A stretch of DNA of 64,000 nt from Geosiphon pyriformis uo1 (lineage: Eukaryota > Fungi > Glomeromycota), in NCBI GenBank assembly GCA_016748015.1, contig JAAOMT010000586.1, positions 937,652-1,001,651 on the forward strand. Reading direction: 5' to 3'. The notes under the pieces are model-generated. The model had not been told where the DNA came from. It made no database searches and saw nothing but the letters and a program-made list of their open reading frames with translations. The translations under genes were made by a program, and so were the position numbers. Position 1 is the stretch's first letter. Each line of letters starts with the position of its first letter. Shown here one piece after another: positions 1 through 16,281 of this stretch.

Positions 1-36
1 TCCAACGTTCGCGTGTTTTTATATATCTGCTTTAGA

Positions 37-2326
37 ATGGGAATTATCGAAGGCGTACAACCGCTCGAAGAGCTATTCACCAACCCGGACACGTGTATAA
101 CTGAGTCGTGGAAGGAGCAGGTACCATTTAAGAAGTTTTAGGGAGTGCTTATAAAAAAGAGTAAAGCTGTAGCATGCCCCTTTTAAAACTTACTCAAACC
201 AAATATGGGTTTCAAAATTTTGGATAATGTCAACACTTTAAGTCGCACACCGAAAGAAATATATACGAGTTGTTCAAGGAGGTGAAAAATTCTCAAGGTC
301 TTGTTACGTAAGTTTTTTGATTTCAAAATCTCAGTATTGCTGGTACAATTGCTAATAATTTTGATATATTTATTTGATGATTTCCCTCGGTCTGGACGAA
401 TTCATTCATTTTTTGCGGACGGTCCATTAATTTTTTCCAAACAACGAGACGATTATAGGGTCAGTCTCCATCGCGAAAAACATAGGAATTATTTATTGCG
501 CGGCACCCAACATCTGAGTAGGTATTTTGTGTCTTTGGACGCTAGTAAACCATGGATTTGTTACTGGATTATGCATTCTTTGGATCTACTGGGTGCTCCG
601 ATTACTGCAGATTTAATTAATAGGTACTTTATACAGGGGAAAATTTTCGCATTTAGGGTTTAAGAATTTTTTTGAATGTAAAGACGCGCCAAATCTACGC
701 AGATTCTAGCACATGAATAAGAATATTAACTTTCACTCATTATTGAAAAAAGTGGAATATCAACACTTGCTAAATACCAGAATTCCACAGGGGGATTCGG
801 CGGTGGATCCGGACAAATTTCACACGCGGCTGTTACGTATGCTGCGGTGAATACATTAGCAATTTTTGGTACGAAGGAAGCTTATGATATAATTGATAGG
901 CAAGTCATTTCCCTTTGTAATATCTTAAGCCTTCTAGTTCTTATAATTTTAAATCCAACTTCACTAATCAATCTGTGAACAGAGAAAATCTTTATAAATG
1001 GTTGCTGAAGCTGAAAAAACCCGATGGATCATTTGTGATGCACGAAGGCGGGGAAGTTGATGTGCGGTTAGGAATCCTTGAATTTTTGAGCGCTCATTTA
1101 CGCCATTTGAAACGGAGTTATTAAATAAAAAACTTAATCTTTCCAGTGGTGCCTATTGTGCATTATCCGTAGCGCTTATGACAAATATTCTAACATCGGA
1201 ACTCATTGCTGGAACCCCTAAATGGATAAAAACGTATGGCACAACCATTCTTGGGTTATTATCAAAAATGATTCAATGAACAAAATACTACAATTTATAT
1301 TTCATCACGCTTTGTACTTAGGTGTCAAACTTTTGATGGTGGGATTGGTGGAGTACCAGGTGATGAGGCACATGGTGGGTATACGTTTTGTGGTGTAGCT
1401 GCCATGGAAATAATGGGAACAACACATCTTCTTGATATTCCACTGTTATTGGTAGGCCAACATTTACACAACAAAATGTCTATGATTCTGCATTAAATCT
1501 GCTTGGTAACTCTATATGATCAGTCGTATGCATTTTAGAAATGGGCTGTATCGCTTCAGATGAAGTTGGAAGGTGGGTTTCAAGGTCGGCCCAATAAACT
1601 AGTTGATGGCTGTTACTCGTTCTGGGTTGGTGGCTTGTTCCCCTTATTAGAAGCAATATTAACACGACAACAATATGAAAAGCGGGCCCAGCCAGGTGGG
1701 GAGGAACTCGCTTCGTTTGTTGGTATGTCTCCATATAACCAAAAAATTTGGCGGAATTTTTTTGATTATTAATTTAATGAAGTATCTGTTTCTTTAGCCC
1801 AACCGTTATTTGATCGCGGTAAATTCTAAAATTCTTAATACGTCAACAATTGATATTTAATCACCTGTGTATTAAAGATTGCTTCATTTTACGCGAAAAC
1901 AGAAGCTCTTCAGGAGTATATACTGGTCGCATGTCAGTCGCCCGGTGGTGGACTCATTGATAAGCCTGAAAAAGGACCCGACTACTATCACACATGTTAT
2001 TGCCTAAGTGGGTTATCCACTGCTCAGCATCATATTATTTTCGACGTGAATAGAGAAGAAGAACTAACAAATGAAAGACGACACACAAATAGTAACAGTT
2101 TGAGTGGCAGGGAGCGATCATTGTTATGGGTAGAAGAAGTGTTGGGAAAAAATGTGGTCGGCTTGCCAGAAAATATCGTGGTAGGTTATTGATTTTCAAC
2201 TTTTCTATTCAGTGAAGTCATTCAAAATTGATTAGGCCCATTTTTTTTCAGCGCGCAACCCACCCGGTTCATAACGTTTCTCTTCCTAAAGCTCATGCGA
2301 TAATCAATTATTACAAAGACTTGTAA
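37..2326 (+). CDS. RAM1: Protein farnesyltransferase beta subunit (multi-exon; start may lie upstream of window)
   Basis: Spliced exons give LDASKPWICYWIMHSLDLLG, GGFGGGSGQISHAAVTYAAVN, EVDVR, EAHGGYTFCG, GGFQGRPNKLVDGCYSFWVG, DYYHTCYCLSGLS and HPVHNV, with TAA at 2324-2326. The ATG at 37 follows a TTTAG, so it could be an internal exon. Confidence 0.93.
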
Positions 2327-3212
2327 CATATTTAAGTTAGTTTCTTTTGTATTTTTATTCCTCATTTTATATTCATTCACATATTATAAATTCAAAGCTA
2401 AAAAATGCTCTTGGCTGTTGAAAATTGAGCCCATTAGTTTGAGAACCAAAAACAAGCGCAATATGAGATTGCAAATTTCGTCCGAGTTAAGCTGAACAAT
2501 GTGAAAATGCCTAATTCAAGTTAAAAATTAAGCCCACATGTTTCTCTTGCCACAATGATTTGCATGGATACTTCTCATCAGTTCTCCCCGAGAACCATTT
2601 ATGGTTTTCCCACGATTGCTTCCTAGGGCTACCATTAATAGAAAAATAACTCACACCTTGTTTCTCTCACAAGTGATTACCAGTAAATCGTAGCGTCGCT
2701 AAGAGTCGGTTTGATTAACAAACCTTCGTGAATTTTCTAAGAATATTTTCGTTGACTTCGAGTTGCTGATAATTTCCGCTATTACTCGCAATCCCTTATC
2801 GATCTGATATAGTAATTTTTAGTTTAACGAAGACTTCTCAGGTAAATCTAGATGATTAACTAGGTCGCCATTCAGTAAAAAGAATTCTAAATGTAAGTCA
2901 CCATAAATTGTTTTCGCCTATAAATTCTGGGTGCTTTCTCATCATGTCAAGACTCTAAATGTAAATAACTCTGGGTATTCCCTCATCAAATCCTTGTAGT
3001 GATTAATTATCAGGTAGGTCTGAGAATGTTTCTTTTCCTGTTTCAGTTCTCTTATGGAATTTATATTACTCGAGGAATCTTTGGACTCCTTCGAAATAGT
3101 TAAAGGATTTGACATCTGCTCCCGAAACGATGGATTCCGAAGCAAAAAAATGGATTAACCCATTCGCTCATTTGAATTTTCAATAGATTGATCACCTATC
3201 CTGAGATAATTG

Positions 3213-4593
3213 TCATAGAGTTTCGGGGGTATCACTGTCCAATTGCAAGGCATATTGGGCCTCCTCCAGCATTTCATGCCATGGATAGCTTGGTATGTAT
3301 CTGTAATTATCGGTCATTAATTCATCATAATTTATCTCGTCGTTTTCTGAAATGTTTGCCCAAGCCTCTTCAAATTCGGAATTTATCCCTTGCTGAGGTG
3401 GCGGCCGAAGCCACATGTGTTCGCGGATACGTTTATGCTAGCAAATTAAAAAATGAATCATTATTTTGAAGGTTATTATCAAGTTCATTGTTGAATCAGG
3501 GATGTAAAAGTTAAAAATTTACTTGTTCGCGATCATATTCCATGCGTTTCAAGATTTCTTCCTTCCGGAAGGTAGTGGCTGTTACAGGAGGAGAGCTAAT
3601 TCAAAATAAAATATAAATGATTTCTTCTTAATACTGGAGCTTGGGTCAAATTTAGACAAACTATAGCAATGCACTCAAATAACCAGGAGCATTTTTTAAG
3701 GAATGTTAAAGAATAATTTAAAAATTATACCTTTGCTCACGTTCCCTTAAAACCTGTTCAGCCGCGTCAATCACGGCATCAGGATGATAACCTTTTTCTC
3801 TCCAAATCGAGAGCACCTTGGGGGAATTTGTATAATTAGCGCGTACTGCTAATTTCTCAGACTCCCCTTTGCTGTAAATCAAGGTAAGGCTTTTTCATCT
3901 CACCTTGCGCGTATTTGCAATGTTTAGCCTTCCCTCTGCTCCTTCAGGAACGATGTTTGCGACTATACCAGCCAAGTTTTGCCTGATTAAGTCGGTATAG
4001 CCTGTGAACTTTTTCCATAAGGAGGCCTCTGTCATATAATCGTAGAGGTTTAAGTAGTTTAGGCGATGAATTACTTTAGCCTGTTAATATGCCGCGTACG
4101 AGAGCAACAGCAATATAAAGATTTTATCGGTTAATTTAGTGGTAATTTTGCACGTTTATACGAGCTAAAAATTTTAAAGACATTTTTGAAATTCTGAATT
4201 GACATAATTTTTATTGCTTGTCATTTGCGAAACGATAGATAGGACCAAAATATTTTATCTGAAGCTATAGAGTTTACGAGATATCTTAAGAGCACGATAA
4301 TGCGAAGCTAGAATACTATTAATCACTTTTCAATATCATAACCGGAAAAGATTATCGAGGCAAAGCAAATTTTGCAAGAAAGCTCTGCTTTTGTCCTTTA
4401 GAAAGAGCTTTCGAAAGAAATTTAACTGTTATTTGTATACCTCTTCCAAGGACTCGTTAATACAGCTGAACAAATCCTCGCAGTGAACGCGGTGACATAT
4501 AGCAAAGGCACAGGCATCTTTTTGAGTAGCTTGATAATGTGACATCTTCTTTAGAAAACGTAAAAAGTCAAGTCGAGCTTGGAACGGGTCCAT
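3213..4593 (-). CDS. CTK3: CTD kinase I gamma subunit (Ctk3), 5 exons
   Basis: Exon 1 reads MDPFQARLDFLRFLKKMSH...HCEDLFSCINESLEE. Later exons read HRLNYLNLYD...NIANTRKVLSIWREKG and KEEILKRMEYDREQHKRIREHMWLRP...EFEEAW, matching the Ctk3 N- and C-terminal signatures. Introns are GT-AG. Confidence 0.85.
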
Positions 4594-4836
4594 GGTTTTA
4601 TTAATGGTAGAGGAGCGGAGATTGTTGGCGGATACTTTGTTTTAGGTAGAACCTAGACGTAAGAAAAAGAGGTTAAGAAACAAGTCTTTGCAATTTGAAA
4701 ACAACTTCTAAAATAGGTCATCAAAGCCCACTGTTCAGGGTAACTTATCAGTAGGATCTGTCTGTCAGGGTATATCTGATATGATGATTTTATTGCTCAA
4801 AAAAGTTTCTTCTGCAATTTTTGTAAATTTGCCTCG

Positions 4837-7043
4837 ATGTCTAAAACGAATCCAAAGAAAATAGAGACTGACCTCCCAAATAATATATCTATCTCCGAAA
4901 AACCATCCTTTCGACTGGTATCGGAGCCTCTCGTGTCTCGAGAGGTACTAAGAACACCAAGTTCTCCCAGACAATCTCCAAACTCTACGAAATTAGTTCT
5001 TTCAGAACACCCTTCTTACCCACCCTCTTTTCACGAAAATGAAGCGGCTCGGGCAGTTCGCATACATTCAACGTTTGCCGGGCTTGACAAAAACGGTACT
5101 GGCTTTCTTGACCGTGATAAAATACAGAAAGGCTTGAGCGAGCATAAATTTCCAGCACGCAACAAGTATGCATCAGAACTCTTACAAAGATGTGATACTT
5201 CGAAAGATGGTGTGGTGGACTTTGACGAATTCAAGGCTTTTGTCGAGGAAAAGGAAAAAGAGTTGTGGAAGCTTTTCCTCGAGATTGATAAAAGTCGAGA
5301 TATGCACTTACAACCAGAAGAACTGGAGGGGGCTTTCCGGAAAGCGGGTGAGGTTTACACCTAACCATATAATTAAAGTCAATTTCATGTATGAACTTTC
5401 TTTCATCTCACAATAAAATGCCTTTAATTATATCAGGCATTCAATGCACCAAAGAAGAAATCAAAAAGTTTATTGATATTATGGATCAAGATGGCAATGG
5501 AATCATTGATTTCGGAGAATGGCGAGATTTCCTTTTGGTATTTGGTAGTTGAATTGAGAATTCTCCAATTGAGCTTCTCGGATTTTCTAAATTTAATCAG
5601 AATTTTTGTCCAGCTGCTTCCAAGTGAAACGAATCTTCAGGAAATATATAATTTCTATCAATCGGGAGCTCAAGTTAATATTGATGGTGAAGTAGTGATT
5701 TCGCCAACAGATCCAAAGTATTTTCTTGCGGGAGCCATAGCTGGTAGGCTATCTGATTATGTTTGCTTTACCTTGGTGAGCGTAGAAAACCAAATTCTAA
5801 GTCTTATTGGTGCAACAGTTCTTTAACTAACCCTTCCTTTAGGGGCTGTCAGTCGGACCGCTACTGCGCCTTTCGATCGTCTGAAAATATATCTCCAAAC
5901 ACAGACCGTTTCACCACGGAAATTAAACGTCTTTGTGAAAAGAGGGAAAAAGCTTAATGAATTGAATGAAATTCCATCTATACCCCCTGGCTGGAAGAAA
6001 GCTACCACCGCCATTAAGGAATTATATCAAAAAGGTGGAATATTAAACTTCTTTCGTGGGAATGGACTTAATGTTGCTAAAATCGTTCCAGAGAGTAGGT
6101 TTGTGTGCGGCCAGTAAATAAACGTTGTTGGTGTGGCTTTAGTTACTATGAATTTACACTAATATTTAATCCAAATTTCCAACTTATTAGCATAAAGTTT
6201 TATGCTTATGAACAATCAAAAGCTATAATTGCTTATTCGATGGGTACCGAAGATATAGAATCGATAGGAATTTCAGGAAGATTTCTTGCTGGGGGGATAG
6301 CCGGCTTGATGTCTCAATTTATAATATATCCATTGGAAACTCTCAAAACGAGGTTAATGAGCTCAGCGGGTATGGGATCTCCATCATTGAAAGGGAGTCT
6401 TTTACTACGCACGGCTAAAGATATGTGGAATATACAAGGGACACGGACATTCTACAAAGGCTTGACTCCTGCTATGATTGGAGTGTTTCCATATGCCGCG
6501 ATTGACATGAGCATATATGAGAGCCTAAAAATGGCATACAGGAAGTGGGAAGAAAAACGGGATACTGTTAAAAAGTCAAACCAGTTTAGCGCGCTTCTCT
6601 CATTAGGTTGTGGAACGACGTCTGGTTCTATAGGGGCGACAATAGTATATCCTTTATCGCTTGTGCGCACACGGTATGATTTCAAACCTTTTTCACCATT
6701 AAGAATTTGAGATAATTTTGGCCCTTTATTCCGTTGTATATTCTCATTACCCGATAAAATATATGACATTGAGAACTTTTAGATTACAGGCCCAAGGTAC
6801 CCCAGGACATCCACAAACATATGCTAACGCGTTGGATGTTATTAAAACAACATATTCTAACGAAGGTATTCGTGGATTTTACAAGGGATTGGCACCAACA
6901 TTAATAAAGGTGAGTATGTTCTTTGATGTCGATAATGTTCTCAAAACTCAGTTATATGCTATCTTTTGATATAGGTTGTTCCAGCCGCAGCGATCACCTA
7001 CTTGGTTTATGATCAAACGAAGCATAAAATGAAATTAAGCTAA
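4837..7043 (+). CDS. SAL1: Calcium-binding mitochondrial ATP-Mg/Pi carrier (SCaMC/Sal1 family)
   Basis: Four EF-hands ([47 protein letters not shown]) are followed by three carrier repeats ([22 protein letters not shown]). TAA at 7041-7043. Confidence 0.93.
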
Positions 7044-7279
7044 ATAAAATTATTTTAGAGAGTATCGAAAAATTCTCAACTGTATTTATATCTTTTCATT
7101 TTAGTAAAGTAACTTTTTTCGCAAATCCACTTATTTAATTCTGAATTAGAAAGACTTGAGCATTAAATTTTTTCATTATTTGGGATTTCAATGTTGACCC
7201 TGTTAGAAAAGGTAACTAAGCAGTATTCTAACAATTCAAATTAATATATCAAAATTACCCTTAGTCAGATATTAGAAAT

Positions 7280-10133
<2,854 letters not shown>

Positions 10134-10221
10134 TTGTTCGACAAGTCACGCGGAAAATTTTGAAATGAAATGCTCTCCGATCGGATATTCAACCTAGATC
10201 TAATTAAAAGCAAAGATTTTA

Positions 10222-10289
10222 CAAATAGCCATGACTCGTGCGTTTTTTACATGTGACTAGCCACCCAAGCTGGTCAAGATTAAACTACA
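10222..10289 (-). mobile_element. 3' UTR remnant of the LINE family seen at 37669-44490
   Basis: The reverse complement aligns ungapped to ~44353-44419 (about 46/67 identical by manual count, mostly transitions), including AGTCACATGTA. Sequence beyond 10290 is too decayed to assign. Confidence 0.65.
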
Positions 10290-12149
10290 AAAAAAAACAT
10301 ACTCAAAACAAACATTCTATGCATAATTGCAATTATATTATTGCTTTCAACTATACCAGCCAACCATATTTGCATCAGACTTAATATCATGATTTTATAG
10401 CTTTTAAAGAGTTATTAATTTATTAAAAATATTATTACTAACAAAAAGAATTATATTATTATTATTTATAATTTTATTAGAAAACCCATCTATTTTACAT
10501 TTTAATTTAAGATTCACTATATTTGTACACAATTTACAAATAATTTTACCAATATTGTAAATAATTTTCTTAATTGCAAAAAGTTTTTTTAATTTAGTAT
10601 TTAAAAAAAAATACTTATTAATTTTATAACCAAAGTAAATTCAGCTAATTTAAATTTTAACCATAAAATTAGCAATAACAACAGAATAAAAAGCCAAAAT
10701 AATAATAATTTATATATATATATATAATTTTGTATAAGTAAAATAATTTGTATAAAAAACCAATTTTTTAATTTTAAAAACAATACAGCCAAAAAAATTT
10801 TATTAACTTGGGTTTAAAAGTATTTTTTAAAATGATTATTTTTTTAATTAAAAAAAATTTTAACATTGTTATTTAATAAAAACAGATTAACAAATCAAAA
10901 CAATATCTAAAAATATATATAATTTAAAATACATAATTTTATATTATTATTATTTAATAAATTTTAACTTAATACTAAAAACTTTGTTAAAAATACTTAT
11001 TATATTTTTAATATTACTTATAATAATTTTAAAAAATATTATAAAAAACAATAACAATAAAATTAAAATTAAAATCAAATATTACACAATTTTAAGAAAA
11101 TAAATTAACAAACTTAATTATATAATAATATTCAAAAAATTTAAAATATAAATTTTATACAAAAAAATTAAATATTGTCTTTAAAAACAGATTTTAATTT
11201 AAAAAAACATGTAAAAATTTGAATATAATTTTAATAAAACCAACAGTATTTTTAAAAAACATTATTTTTATTTAATTAATTTAATTTTTAAAATTAAATA
11301 ATTTAAAATTATATGTAAAATCATAATTTGTTTTATTTTTAAAATTAATAAATATTAGCTAAAATTTAATCTATTAATTAAAATTAATTTTGGTAAATAT
11401 ATTATTATTATTATTATTAAATAAAAAAAAGCTATTATTTATAATTAAATTTAGAAAAATCTGCAAAAAAACTTTTTTTCTTGTTAATTTTCTGGTTATA
11501 ATAAGAACTTAATTCACAGATCAGTTATGATTAAGTATATAACACATAGTAAAATTTTATACAAATCTACTATTAGAAGCACCAAACACTGGTTTTTTAT
11601 GCTATTAGCAGCTACTGTATTAATCAAAGCAATTAATAATACAAATATATGAACTTTTGCAAAAATAGTAAATAAAAACATGTGTACAAGATAATAATAA
11701 TTCTGCTTTTTTTCATGGTTTTTGCTATGTAAGAAACCAGCATTTTTGCCTCCATTTATATAGTAAAAGTTATCAGCATTCAATAATTCAAAATTTTTAC
11801 AATTAATAATATGCCTTTTTTTGGAGAAAGTGTAAAAGCTTACAAAGATTTTATAACTATAGCACACTTAATTGGCTTTATTACACCCATACTCTCTTTT
11901 TTGTTAAGCAAATTAAAATTAATTAAAGTGTTTTTTTGTTATAACTTGGCAGTTGTTTGTCAAGCTTACATAGGAAAAAATTAACCACACCCTCATTTAT
12001 TGTTTTATCATCTTAATTAGTATGTTCATCAGTTTTTTTATGGGAACAATATGACCAAAAATAAGAAAACTGAAACATGATGAGAATGATATCAATTTTG
12101 CAGGTGGTTTTTCTTATTATTTATTTTCTATAGCTATTGTATCTTCTGA

Positions 12150-14290
12150 AGAACTTTTAGCTTTATTAATTTCTAATATTTATTATACTTGTTTATTTGC
12201 AGTATCTTTAAAAGCACAAAAAAACCTCCCAATCTAATTTTGAATTGTATTTACTTTTGGAACATCCTTTTACACAATTTTTTCTGATTCTACAAATCTT
12301 ATAAGTTCAATTTGTATTTCTTTTGCTAATATGCGATCTTAAGAGTTTGAATTTCCATTTATAAAAAAACTTTGCAACAACATATTTATTTTTTTTGACA
12401 TATGTTTTCTTTTTTCTTTTCCACTCATTTTCTGATTATGTTTTAGTGCCCATCTTTTTGGTAGTAGGTATTTTTGATCAATCAGGTTATGATTCTTTTG
12501 ATTAAAATTCTATATAAGATTTTATGAACACAATTAAAAGACTTACTTTAGATTAAAAGCAGTGGCATCTTAATTTATATTTTACAAATATGAGGTTAAT
12601 ATCAAACAATCTTATTATTTTATTTAGAATCAATTCAAGAAGACACATTGACTTCATAATCTTTTTTTGGTCTTTTCAATAGTCAGTTTTATTATTGATT
12701 AATTTCTAATATCATCTATTCTTTAAGTATTTTTTAATTAAATATAAAGATAATATTAGTATTATTTATATTATTGTTGCTACAAACAATCTTCAGATTA
12801 AATCTACTTAATATTTATGGCATTTGCATCTCCCAATTAATGAGATTTTTAGTATGCTCTGAAAAAAAGATTTTGGTCTAACAATCTCTGTATTACATAA
12901 ATTTTCTATAGCTGCTAGTGAATAATTCTTTCAACTGCCAACATATGGAAGTGGCCACACACAAATATAATCCACCAGCAGTCTTTTAGTAGACTATTCC
13001 CAATAATAATACTTGGAAATTCCTGGTATAGTTTTTATAAGCACTTTTTTTCTTTTGTTTTCTGCTTCTATTTGACCATGATCTGGTTCTATATTCACAA
13101 AAGAGGTGTTGGCAATATTTTGACTGGCTTTTATGATGTTATTATTCTTCATAATATCAAATCCAATTTGTACATATTGTTTAATTGCATGAGCAATCTG
13201 GATAAAATTAGTATGAGTAAAGAAATAATATAATCTAGTTTTATATTTACTTATTGAGACATAATGTGAATCTATTATAGTTTTTGCTTTATCTGGTTTA
13301 AAAAACTACCAACCTAGCACTTGGATATTATACCATTTAAACTAATAACTTATGATAGCTATAAGCTGAGAATTGTGATAATAAAAACTATTTTCAGAAA
13401 GTATGTAAATCCATTTTGGTTTTTTTCATATTGTTTCAAATACAGCTTCAAATAATAAAGCTGTAAACCAAGCATTTTGCTTGGTATCCATACTCCAGTG
13501 GTCATAAGCTCTAACAAACAATTTATTTTCATCAGGCTTTTTTATAAACACAAGAATTATATACAAGATCTATCCTTGTTTGCCAAAAAATGCTTCTTTG
13601 GTTTTTCTGGCTGATTGAGATAATACTCACATTTTATAATCTGCTATGATTATAGCACCATTTTTATCCAACTGATTCAATGCAGCTTTAAATTGTGCAT
13701 TTAGATAAATTTTTTTTGCTTGATGTGCAAGAAAATATTGAAATCTATCTCTAATTTCCACATACTATGAAATTCATCTAAGCTAACATAAGATTTTATG
13801 AATTTAAACAATTCAAAATGTTTTTGGCACTCTTGACAACTTAAGGAATATGATTTATCACATTCTCCAAAAGCATATAACAAGCAATGATTGATACAAT
13901 TATTATGTGATATTATACTATTAGCATTAATTATCAATTTATTTTCATAAGTTTGTTTCATATGTTGATGTAGCTTTTTAATATGTGACAAAATATTATT
14001 CTAAAAATTTAGGTAAGTAAATAGTATTAATTATAAAACACAATATATATTAATCCCAATTTTTTTGTTAGTAAAGATTCTACATGCCAGTCTTTTCAAA
14101 TCTGAAAATGCTTCATAACTATAATTATTGCATGTTTGATACAAGCCACCCAGATTTTCACAATAACAAATATGTGTATTATTAGCCAATTGTCCCATAA
14201 ATAAAGTTTTTTTTATTCTGTTTGAGTAAGTTTTAGAAAATTTTTCCCATAAAGCTTTTTTTTGGTCTTTCATATACAAAACAGACAAAT
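12150..14290 (-). pseudogene. Decayed Sola3-like DDE DNA transposase
   Basis: Minus-strand translation gives ADYKM*VLSQSARKTKEAFFGKQG*IL, AYDHWSMDTKQNAWFT, ILSENSFYYHNS, FFKPDKAKTIIDSHY, AHAIKQYVQIGFDI and a C-terminal RWALKHNQK...TIQN*IGRF. This follows the Sola3 pattern (DWAMK..RE...FGKRG; DNAGCYH; GGKG.CD; GWALK). Many stops; ends unresolved. Confidence 0.72.
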
Positions 14291-14729
14291 TTAATTTTGA
14301 GTTTACTTAATTATAATTAAATTAATACAATTTGCTAAGCTTAAAATTAAAATAATTACTTTTTTAAAAATATTTATTGAGATTTTTTTAAAATAAAATT
14401 TTTTAAGTTATATAAAATTTATTGGCATTTTTTTTGTAAATTAAAAAAAAATTATTGGTTTTTATAATTATTTTTTAGTCGTATAGTTTTTAAGATTAAT
14501 AAATTAATCTTTTAATTTTATAAAATATATTGTTTTATTTCTTATTTTCTTAATTTTGTTTAATAATTAAAATATAAAATTGTTATTTTTGGTTTATAAA
14601 AAAACTTAAATATTATAATTATAAAAACTAATATTTTGAAAAACTATTATATTTTGATAAAAAATCTTTAAATATTAATATTGTTTTAAATATTTAAATT
14701 TAAATATGTAATATAATATAATATTAATA

Positions 14730-14783
14730 TAATATTATATGTTATTTAACTTTAAAATAATATTATATGTTATTTAACTTTAA
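14730..14783. repeat. 28-bp period tandem duplication
   Basis: TAATATTATATGTTATTTAACTTTAA occurs twice with a 28-bp period. Confidence 0.7.
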
Positions 14784-15622
14784 TATTAAACAAATATTAT
14801 AATATTATTATGTTTTTATTTAGTATTATATTAATATTACAAGACTATTTTTAGTGTTTAAATTATTAATATTTTTTATGTAATTATATATTTTTTAAAT
14901 TATTAAGATATATAAATATAAATATATATTTTTTTAGTTCTATTATTTTATAATAAAAATATTATATTGCTATTATTTAATTTTAGTTTACATTATCTAC
15001 AAAATTCAAATTAAGGCATTTTTGTTTTTTCTTATTTTTAATTTATTAAAAATATATATATATATATTATAAAATAAATAATAAAAGAATTATACTTAAT
15101 AAAGCATTTGAGATTTTAAAAATAATAAAAAACACATTTTATTTTATTTTCATTATTTAATATAATTATTTCAAAAATTAATTAATGATTTTTTTATTAT
15201 ATTAAATAAAACTCAAATTAGATATGTTCAAAAAAAACAGACAATTTAAAATAGTTTCTGAAATACATTATTAATACATTATTAATACTTTTTATACATT
15301 TATCGAAAAAAAACACATTATTTACATCAGTTGACATTTTTATTAATGAAACTCAAAACAACACATCTCACTTTTAAAACAATTATATAAAGAATTCAAT
15401 ACAGTAGCTGAACCAACCTAAATTACAACTAATACATAAAAGCTTTAATTAACATAAATTATTTGTGGATTTATAAATTTTTATTGATTTATAGTGTATC
15501 TTTTAAGCAAAAACTCGAGATATCATACCGATCTGCAGGTTTTATGAGATCTAACTGACTATAAAATAAAAGGTTTTAACTTTTTTTAGGGAAATTTCTC
15601 TCGCGTCCTTGCCACCTTTGCA

Positions 15623-16281
15623 ATGCTGCGTTTTCCCAGTCGTATAAGTCAAAGCGTGTTTAGAAACATTTCAGTCAGAAGTGCCTCTACAGCTTCTGTT
15701 CCTTCGATTGACAACCTTGAGACGCGCTGGAAAAGTTTGTCGAGTCAGGAACAACAGACCCTCACGAAAGAGCTCGAAGAACTTCAGAAACAAGATTGGC
15801 ATCAACTGTCGGTTGACCAGAAAAAAGCTGGTAGACTAGAAACCCCTAATTAAATTCAATAATGAATTGCAGATACAGGACCTACTTCAAACCTTCTTCT
15901 TTTCATTAGCGTATTATGTTGCCTTTGGTCCGCATGGACCAAGAAAGCCGCTACATGGATCAAATCACGGCATCAAAGTGTCTATCGGGGTAATTGGGTG
16001 TCTTCTTGCTGGTGTTGGACTATTCTATTATATCGAGTCACTTGGTATGTTTTTGGGAATTTTAATTATGAAAAATTTGTTGTAGACAATTAAGCTGCTC
16101 TATATTAACAATATTATATGTAATCTTTATTGGAATTCAAGTACCCGAAAAACCACGTACATTGACCAGAGAGTGGGAGGAAGCTACTAACGAAAGGCTG
16201 CGTCAAGAGAAAGTTAATCCAATTAGCGGTATTTCCTCTGAGGACTATAGTGGAAAAGGCTATGTTGTTTCCTCGAAATGA
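15623..16281 (+). CDS. COX5: Cytochrome c oxidase subunit IV (yeast Cox5 type), 3 exons
   Basis: Mitochondrial presequence, then LETRWKSL...QKQDWHQLSVDQKKAAYYVAFGPHGPR, a TM helix and PRTLTREWEEATNE...NPISGISSEDYSGKG. TGA at 16279-16281. Confidence 0.95.

Noticed and set aside
2872-2945. Possible box C/D snoRNA on the minus strand (ATGATGA...CTGA, 74 nt) downstream of CTK3
   Set aside because: No antisense element of 10 nt or more against the rRNAs in this window, and only a weak terminal stem. The region also looks like an imperfect local duplication.
2942-3145. 67-aa minus-strand ORF
   Set aside because: Non-ATG start, no recognisable motif, and it lies in the probable CTK3 3' region.
4081-4440. 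Long CTK3 intron with a 9-bp inverted repeat, as a possible H/ACA snoRNA host
   Set aside because: No convincing hairpin-hinge-hairpin-ACA layout.
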